A DNA stretch of 62,935 nt, counting the filler, from Octopus bimaculoides (Eukaryota), in assembly GCF_001194135.2 (NCBI RefSeq). It is 6 parts of 6 records of this genome, joined end to end, with 100 filler letters (N's around TTAATTAATTAA, not from the genome) between each part and the next. Parts side by side here need not be neighbours in the genome. Positions count along the whole stretch, not along the records: positions 53,660 to 62,935 come from NC_068997.1; 5 more parts are not named here. One strand, given 5' to 3'. The translations under genes and the position numbers were made by a program. Below the pieces are notes generated by a model. The model saw nothing but the letters and a program-made list of their open reading frames with translations, searched no databases and had not been told where the DNA came from. Each line of letters begins with the position of its first letter. Within the stretch, counting starts at the first letter, position 1. Shown in pieces: positions 54,735-62,935 of this stretch.

Positions 54735-55095
54735 GCAGAAGTGAGCTGGCTGTGAGATAAGAAGCTTGCTTCTCAACCACATGGTTCCGGGTTCGATCCC
54801 ACTGTGCAAGTGTCTTCTATTACAGCCACGGACTGACCAAAGCCTTGTGAGTGGATTTAGTAGACTGAAACTGAAAGAAGTCCGTCGTATAAATATATAT
54901 TTATATATATTCATGTGTTTGTGTCAGTCTTTGCATCCCCCGCCACCATCACTTGACAGCCGATGTTGGTGTGTTTACGTTCCCATAACTTAGTGGTTTG
55001 GCAAAACAGGCCGATAGACTAAGTACCAGGTTTACAAAGAATAATTCATGGGGTCAATTAGCTCGACTAAAACTCTTTAAATCGGTGCTCCAAAA
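54735..55095 (+). mobile_element. SINE family B (tRNA head, CORE-like block, long 3' extension)
   Basis: AAGAAGCTTGCTTCTCAACCACATGGTTCCGGGTTCGATCCC..AAAGCCTTGTGAGTGGATTT..GAAAGAAG, then TTGACAGCCGATGTTGGTGTGTTTACG. Confidence 0.88.
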
Positions 55096-55096
55096 G

Positions 55097-55131
<35 letters not shown>

Positions 55132-55415
55132 TGCTAGAGCCCCGTGGAGCTTTAGGTGTTTTCGCTCAATAAACACTCACAACGCCCGGTCTTGGAATCG
55201 AAACCGCGATCCTATGACCGCGAGTCCGCTACCCTAACCACTGGGTCATTGCGCCTCCACAAATTATTGTATGTGTTACATAACATGTAATGAAAACATA
55301 TATATGAATTGTATAACTATATGAAAGACGGAATAAAAACATCGTCCGTTTAGGCAAACAGCTGTAATATCAGTCTGACACTTCCTTTCCTCATTTAAAT
55401 TATTGATATTATTGA

Positions 55416-55475
<60 letters not shown>

Positions 55476-55913
55476 CAGTTTGTGTAAAGTAAACAGTCCA
55501 AAATATCAAAAATGGTGCCTTTTCTATGTATGAATGTATGCTTGCCTAAACATTCAAGAAACTCATAAACATGCGGAAAATATATTGAGAAACGAATATC
55601 GAGAGCAACCTATATGTATATATGGTATCTTGAACCAAATGCATTGTGTTTCTTGCACATGAGTTAAGTTTTATTGCTATGAGAATTGAAGTCGTTAGAC
55701 TTTTGTCGATAACAACAGAACCGCAAGATAAAGAGACAATGAGTGTTAGACTTGTGTCATAGATTAGATAACTATACATATACACATATACGTATTTACA
55801 CACATACACAAATGCATACATATTTCCATACATGCACACGCACGCTCACACACACATACATATACATATACATCATATAGACATATACATACACACATAT
55901 GTATATACATACA

Positions 55914-55977
<64 letters not shown>

Positions 55978-57023
55978 TTATATCTGTNNNNNNNNNNNNN
56001 NNNNNNNNNNNNNNNNNNNNNNNNNNNNNNNNNNNNNNNNNNNNNNNNNNNNNNNNNNNNNNNNNNNNNNNNNNNNNNNNNNNNNNNNNNNNNNNNNNNN
56101 NNNNNNNNNNNNNNNNNNNNNNNNNNNNNNNNNNNNNNNNNNNNNNNNNNNNNNNNNNNNNNNNNNNNNNNNNNNNNNNNNNNNNNNNNNNNNNNNNNNN
56201 NNNNNNNNNNNNNNNNNNNNNNNNNNNNNNNNNNNNNNNNNNNNNNNNNNNNNNNNNNNNNNNNNNNNNNNNNNNNNNNNNNNNNNNNNNNNNNNNNNNN
56301 NNNNNNNNNNNACGTTCCCGTTCATCGGACAGTTTCCGGTATATATATATATATATTAAAAATGAATATGGTACTTAAGTATATATATATATATATATAT
56401 ATATTGAAGTTTGATTTTAGTGTCAAATTATATAAAAACACAATTTAACATTAAAACGAAGAATTACTCAATACATTTTTGCACAGTATATGTTTATTTA
56501 AATTTCACTAGAAGTGTCTGACCTCGTCTTCTTGTATATCGTATATATGTATATGTGTATGTGTGTGTGTGTGTGTTTGTGTGTATTCATTTATCGGTGT
56601 ATATATATTCATACATATACATACATACATACAAATATACATGCATATACATATAAGTGTGTGTGTGCATGTGTGCATGTGTGCGTGTGTGTGTGTAAAT
56701 TTGTACCGAAAAATATATTACTCGTACACAGAAACCAGTGACATAACGATGGAAGTGTCTGTATGTATGTGTGTGTATGTATGTATGTATGTATGTATGT
56801 ATGTATGTATGTATGTATGTATGTATATGATTATCAATGTAATTTACGCTGCAAGGGAATTTATTACATTTAAGTAGATAATGAAATTATTTTAAGAAGT
56901 CGTACATTTGAAACGTGAGCCTAAGTAGGTTTTTGTTAGCATCAACAACAAACAACCCAATAGTTTTCCCACACTGACCAGATTACGTTTTTGTTTTGTT
57001 GTTATTCAAACTTATATTTCGGG

Positions 57024-57139
<116 letters not shown>

Positions 57140-57734
57140 TGAAAGAAAGGAAGCGATGGGGAGAGGAAGAGAGAGAGAGAGTGGGACAAAGTGGGAAAGG
57201 GAGTGGGACAAGGTGAGGGAAATTAATTTCCTCCCCTCGGTTTTTGCTTCGGGTGTAGTAATGTTGTTCGAGGTATGATCGACTCGACCTAAAATCCAGC
57301 CGTGTCGATCTCGACAGGGTTGGGAGATCTTTTAGCAAGAACTCAGTTATTTAAGCTGATTATGAACATGGTCAACTCCTGCACGTCACCTGTTAGGAGA
57401 ACGAATGCCAACGAATTTTGCCAGTCCTGTGCACACAGGGAATAAATCATAAATTATTATATATGCGTGTGCGAGTGTGGTAATTCGTTGGCTGTAAAAA
57501 CCACTTATACGTCATTTGTTTCTCAAATGGAAGGTTTTATTGCTGAGTAGGAAATACCATCTTATTATTTTATGAATTATGAAGGACTGCAGCATTTGGT
57601 TCGTCCGCTCCTATTGTAAGACTGCAGTATCTGGTATGTTCTCTCCTCAATTAATCCTGGTGTATCTATTAGGTCGTCAAGTATGAAATTTGTAGAAAAG
57701 GAAAAAAGTTTGCTAATGCTTTATAAATACAAGG

Positions 57735-58190
57735 AATAGTTTTATTCATCAAAGTCTGCACTCATATTGTCAATACACTTTTGCCACTTCAGCGGTAGCT
57801 TGTCCAGCCCGGAACTGTAAAAGCCTGGTAATCTAGAGTCAATAAAATCTTGGTAGACCTGTTTTACAGCAGCGTCGGAATAAAAGTTTTTCCTATCAAA
57901 AAGTTATCCAAATTCTGGAAGAAGTGGTAGTCAGTGGGGGCAAGATCAGGTGAGTATGGTGGATGATGGAGATCTTCTAACTCCTGTAGTTTCCCCAATG
58001 TCATTTTTGCGATGTATGGTCTGGCGTTGACTTGCAAAAAATAGGAGTGGATCTGTTGACTAATCTAGGTCGTGTTTTTGTAAGTTTCTGCATCATTTGG
58101 TCCAGTTGGCTGCAGTATACTTCGGCCGTGATTGGTGGGCCAGGTTAAATAAAATCATAATGGATCACACCTGCACCAGACCACCAAACA
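57735..58190 (-). mobile_element. Mariner transposase C-terminal fragment
   Basis: Minus strand encodes VYCSQLDQMMQKL..RPRLVNRS..NARP..HHPPYSPDLAPTDYHFFQNLDNFL..LPLKWQKCIDN. Confidence 0.88.
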
Positions 58191-58357
58191 CATATATAAT
58201 ATATACATAATATATATACCTACATAAACATGCATATATACATACAAACTTACATTCCCCCCCTCTCTCTCTATATATATATATATATTTATGCGCGCGT
58301 ATATATTCTTTTACTTTCTTTGTTATTCATCCAATTAATTTTTTATATCTCTTGAAG

Positions 58358-58506
58358 ATATTCCTGGTTTACAAGTGGCCTTCTTAATGTTGCCGAAGAT
58401 TCCACGATCACTTGGAAAGACGGAACCAACTTTACCGGTGTTTCCTCAGATTGGTGGAAAGAAGACACTGCAGACAGAACCAATCACCTTATCTATTCCT
58501 ATAATG
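58358..58506 (+). CDS. Cont: Contactin-like internal exon, C-type-lectin-like domain (YSWFTSGLLNVAEDSTITWKDGT...LIYSYN)
   Basis: AG acceptor at 58356-57 and GTAAGA donor at 58507. The 149-nt exon (phase 2 to phase 1) is open, has W-F-T-S-G and ITWKDGT CLEC motifs, and splices in frame to the next exon. Confidence 0.85.
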
Positions 58507-58636
58507 GTAAGAAACGAACAATAAAATACCTGTTCCTTTATAATCTTTCTTTTGTATTTGGAAACACATTACTTTATATCTGAATGGCACAACAGACATC
58601 TAGCAATTGATGTTGTTTTTGTTATGTAAATTTTTT

Positions 58637-58960
58637 AGTGGCACTCTGTCGGTTACGACCACGAGGGTTCCAGTTGATCCGATCAACGAAACAGCTTGCC
58701 CATGAAATTAACGTGTAAGTGGCTGAGCACTTCACAGACACGTTTACCATTATCGTAGTTCTTAGGGAGATTCGGTGTAGCTCAGAGTGTGACAAGGCCG
58801 GCCCTTTGGAATACAGGTACTACTTCTTTTTGCCAGCTGAGTGGATTGGAGAAACGTGAAATAAAGTGTCTTGCTCAAGGACACAACGCGTCGCTGGGAA
58901 TTGAACTCATGACCTTACGATCATGAGCCGAAGACCCTACCCACTAAACTAGGCGCCTAC
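58637..58960 (-). mobile_element. SINE family C in a contactin intron
   Basis: tRNA-like head on the minus strand (GAGTTCAATTCCC) and a TGTCCTTGAGCAAGACAC CORE-like block. Related pieces at about 10955-11180, 34490-34790, 52390-52560 and 55130-55260. Confidence 0.8.
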
Positions 58961-59389
58961 TGATGTTAATGATGACCATATTATATAGCCCAAGGACAGC
59001 CTTCTGGCCGCACGCCTATGATGAAAGTCGTTTTATTTTATCCGGCCTCAGTCTGTCAAGAACTATATTATTATTCTTTGATTCTGTTCCTGATTACTGT
59101 TACTGTTACTGGTTTGCTTTAGGTCAACCGTGATCCAGCAGGTTTATGAACAAATGTTTTCCACCCGTGATCATCCAAACTTTTACTGAGATATTGTATA
59201 ATTAAGACTACATTATATAACGCGTCGTTCCTTGTTGTTAAGGCTCTCATTAAGCAATAGATAACCACACGGGCAATTACTTTTGAGTACAGTCTTCTAT
59301 ACTACGGAAACAGCTGTAAGCTAATGAATGTGATTATCCGGTAAATCGTCTTGCTTTGTCATTTATGAATTAATATCATACAGAAGAAT

Positions 59390-59590
59390 GTGGCGAGCTG
59401 GCAGAGTCGTTAGCACGCCTAACAAAATGCTTAGCGGCATTTCGTCCGTCTTTACGTTCTGAGTTCAAATTCCGTCGAGGTCAACTTTGCCTTTCATTAT
59501 TTCAAGGAGATAAAATAAGAGCCAGTTGAGCATTGGGGTCGATTTATTCAACTTTGTCCATTCTCTAAGAATACTGGTCTTGTGTCCATT
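59390..59590 (+). mobile_element. Family A SINE, near full length, in a contactin intron
   Basis: GGCGAGCTGGCAGAGTCGTTAGC A-box region and GAGTTCAAATTCC B-box. Confidence 0.9.
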
Positions 59591-60277
59591 ACGCTCTGTA
59601 GTTCTGGGTCATATAAGAACCTGGAAGTCAGGTCGTCAATAAATTCCCACCACCTCACTACCAGAGCGTAGTACTACTGGGCATTATAAGTATATTGAAT
59701 TCTAACAACTGGTTATAGGTTCTCTCAAGGCTACTCAGAATCTTGAAACATGATTGTTAGCTGTTAAAACACTGCCTTCTTCAAGAATTCCATTTTTCTC
59801 TAAATTCGTCAACACAACTGGCGTTCCTATGAAGCCGTTCCTCTTTATGGATCTTTTACTGTTCCCTCTTCTCTGTTTTTGTTGTTGTTATATTCTGTGT
59901 ACTATGCATGGGCTTCTATCTTTTATTGCTGTTTTTCTTTACTTAACATTTTGCTGCTTTCTGTCACCTTTTTTTTTACTCTTTTCTGACCAGTTGTGAT
60001 GCCAAGAACCGTAAACAATAAGCTTGTTGTTTTATCAATATACAAAGATATACACGCGCGCATACACAGAACTATATATACACATATACACACGCACATA
60101 CACACACATTCACGCACACGCTCACAAACACATGCATAACACGCACACAAACACCCATACCAGCACACACACTTACACACATTTACACATATACACACAT
60201 ATACGCACACATTACCACGCACACACACACACATACTATTTTGAAATGGTAATATATGCATAATGTTTTTTTCACAG

Positions 60278-60385
60278 ATGATACTTATAAATGGAGCCTC
60301 GCAGAAACATCTTTAGAGGCAGCTTATATTTGTGAAATCGATCGTTCAGAGGCTTTTCGAATCATGGTGGAATCACGTGGGATTG
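60278..60385 (+). CDS. Cont: Contactin-like exon, end of the CLEC domain and linker (DDTYKWSLAETSLEAAYICEIDRSEAFRIMVESRGI)
   Basis: Pyrimidine tract plus CAG acceptor, GTAAG donor, 108 nt, phase 1/1. YICE is the typical CLEC C-terminal strand. Confidence 0.9.
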
Positions 60386-61164
60386 GTAAGTTTACTCCAA
60401 ACATGGATTGATCTATTTATAAAGAGATTTAGCAATCAATTTAACTGATAACAGCAGGCATGTAACGTTAGAGAAGCAGTATTATTTCCGGTCATATCAT
60501 ATACGATTAAGGAAGTCGTATAACTTCCAGTTACTTCATATAAGATAAAGGAAGTGATGTGACTTCCTGAATGACTACAAAATGAATTTACCTGTATTTC
60601 TTTTATGCTTGTACATAATAATTTACCATTACAATCAGTAGTGGAAGTGGCAGTTGAGTGTTTGCAGGTCGTATCCTGAGCTGGGTTTATGGAACCGTGG
60701 GTATAACGGAAATGAGCAGAGGAAGAGTCAAGACCCCTTGTTTGCTATTTTATTCTGACGAAACTAATTCTATAAATACTTGAATTATGTAAACTATTAG
60801 AGAAAGAAACTTAGCTGTTTCATGTAATACATATAATTAAATCAAAACTTTTCATGGACCCTTAAGATTCTACTGTGGATCCCTAATAGCGCGGACCCAA
60901 CAAAATCTTATATGAACCACCAAAGGGTTATATGGACTCCAATTGAGAACCACTGACCCTGGTTGAGAACCTTTACGTTGTATATCTCGATGGCTCCTTC
61001 TAAAGAGGTGATCAACAGTGCCAGTGCAATGCCACTCCGACACAGATCTAGGATTTATCAACCTCGGTCAGGTTGCCTGGATGAGAGTTATGCTGTAAGA
61101 TCTAAAATACTCGGTGATCCCAGGATACAACACTGACGATACATCTAAGTATTGCATTTGTAGA

Positions 61165-61335
61165 TGCTTAGCGGTATTTCGCTCGCAGCTACGTTCTGAG
61201 TTCAAATTCTGCCGAGGTCGACTTTGCCTTTCATTCCTTCGGGGTCGATGAATTAAGTACCAGTTGAACACTGGGGTCGACGTAATCGATTATCCTCCTC
61301 TCCCAAATTTCAGCCCTTGTGCCTATAGTAGAAAT
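61165..61335 (+). mobile_element. Family A SINE in a contactin intron
   Basis: Core and tail match. Further copies lie at about 17490-17665 (+), 42590-42770 (-) and 62205-62300 (+). Confidence 0.88.
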
Positions 61336-61436
61336 TATTATAGTATAGAATGTATCAAGATGAAGAAAACGAATATAGTGTTTCCGTAAATTGTCAAATT
61401 TCTTTCAGTGTCTTCTGTTTCTGTTTCTGTTTGTAG

Positions 61437-61766
61437 ACTATGGAACAAACTACAGTAATCCGAATGATATTCCGAGAGGACCAGAGATTATTAAAGAACC
61501 AGAAGACTTGGTGATCGTAACGGGAGAAAGCTTCGCTTTTATTGAATGCATTGCCACGGGTAACCCGAAACCAACCTACAAATGGTATCGTGAGGTGTTT
61601 ACAAGAGAAGAGGTTTCGTGGAAAATCGACACACGCTATACAACAACCAACGGTCGACTCACCATCTCTAAACCAGTCGATGAATTAGATGCAGGGGCCT
61701 ACCAGTGTGAGGCAAGCAACAAGTTTGGATCGGTCTTAAGTAGAGTTGTACAGGTCTCTTTCGGAG
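61437..61766 (+). CDS. Cont: Contactin-like exon, first Ig (I-set) domain (DYGTNYSNPNDIPRGP...IECIATGNPKPTYKWYR...DAGAYQCEASNKFGSVLS)
   Basis: TAG acceptor at 61434-36, GT donor at 61767, 330 nt, phase 1/1. Canonical Ig C...W...DxGxYxC. The IPRGP linker after a CLEC matches protostome contactin as I recall it. Confidence 0.93.
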
Positions 61767-62424
61767 GTTTGTTACTTTTATCATCTTTTGTCATCGTTTT
61801 TTGTCCTGATGCACTACTAGGCTCTGGCTCTTATGATTTCTGATCTCAACTTATTGGAAGTATTATCATGTACATGTTTTGTCTTGGTATAAAAGACAGG
61901 CTACAGCAAATATTCGTCTGAATACTACAGATTTGCTTGTCAGTTGCTTGACCTTAACCAGTTGAGGATGTCCCTTCGTGGCTGACAATATATACATCTC
62001 TGATCACGAGCTGAAGTAGTGGACGAGCATCATGGCCAGTGTTATCATGTTTGATATCAATAACCTTTCTGTTTGATATCATTTATCATTCTCTTTGATT
62101 GCATTTATGTTCTTTTGATATTATCTGTTTCATATAATTTATAATTTTACTCGATATAATTCCTCATTCCGTTTCATGTAATTTATCATACTCTTCGATC
62201 GTTTTTATCCTTCCCATTTCACCCTTCCAAGGCTGATAAAATAAAGTACAAGTCATAATCGACTGGTTCTTCTTTTCAAATTCCTGACTCTGTATCCATG
62301 TAAGACATTCCCAAATATAGTTTACTTTGACATAATTTATCATTATGTTTGATATAAATTTTCATTTTCTTTCATACATTAAAAAAATTTTGCTTGATAT
62401 TCAATTATTTCTCATTTGTTGCAG

Positions 62425-62520
62425 TGCTTAGTGAATTTCCCTCAGATGATATCATACCGCAAAATGTCCGGGCCGAGACGGGAGCGGTATTCCAGTGCCC
62501 ACAATTACACTATAAACCTG
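62425..62520 (+). CDS. Cont: Contactin-like exon, start of the second Ig domain (VLSEFPSDDIIPQNVRAETGAVFQCPQLHYKP)
   Basis: CAG acceptor, GTAAGT donor at 62521, 96 nt, phase 1/1, in frame with the previous exon. Confidence 0.88.
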
Positions 62521-62739
62521 GTAAGTGCAAATTACAAACACCCACGAGAGAGTATGTGTGTGCATATATTTGTGTATGTGTGTGTGCGTGTGTTTGTGTT
62601 TGTGTGTGTGTGTGTGTGTGTATGTGTGTATGTGTCTGTGTGTGGTGTGCTTGTGTGTTGCTTACTCTCATCTTGAAATTTGCTGCCTGCTGGGGTCTCC
62701 CTTTACCAAAGTATTAGACGTGAAACACGCTAGGTGTCA

Positions 62740-62772
<33 letters not shown>

Positions 62773-62935
62773 GTGCCATTTGTTATCTGGTGAACGATAT
62801 TTCGACATCTCGTGTGTCTTCAACTGGTTCAAAAAATAAATTTGTCAATCTACTTCATTTTGGTTAATATAGAAAGGATTGAGGTAACTCCTCCTGAAGA
62901 TATAGAGTCAAAATTAAAAGAAGAGTGCCATTTAT

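Noticed and set aside
59390-59480. tRNA-like A and B boxes
   Set aside because: They are SINE heads; no complete cloverleaf, and they continue into SINE body sequence.
62795-62927. Two weak hammerhead-like strings near the window end
   Set aside because: Each needs three or more corrections to core or stems.

Overview
AT-rich, microsatellite-dense, gapped animal genomic DNA. The SINE families suggest an octopus or other coleoid cephalopod, which is an inference. The only host gene I can support is four spliced + strand exons at 58358-62520. They encode the end of a C-type-lectin-like domain, a complete Ig domain and the start of the next Ig domain, the architecture of protostome Contactin. 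Its 5' exons were not found. The rest of the window is transposon-derived: three tRNA-SINE families, several mariner relics, two copies of a mariner MITE, two different Penelope-like (GIY-YIG) retroelement fragments and LINE relics. The main unexpected signal is at least nine minimal type I hammerhead ribozyme (HHR) motifs from about seven unrelated sequence families. They sit in retrozyme/Penelope-like architectures: a 489-nt terminally redundant unit with a fully intact HHR (44218-44745), an old ~330-nt partial tandem (13.7-14.2 kb), a palindromic twin-HHR element (40073-40448), and a twin-HHR Penelope fragment bracketed by 343-bp near-perfect inverted repeats (49064-51409). All structures were read by eye; none has been computed or tested.
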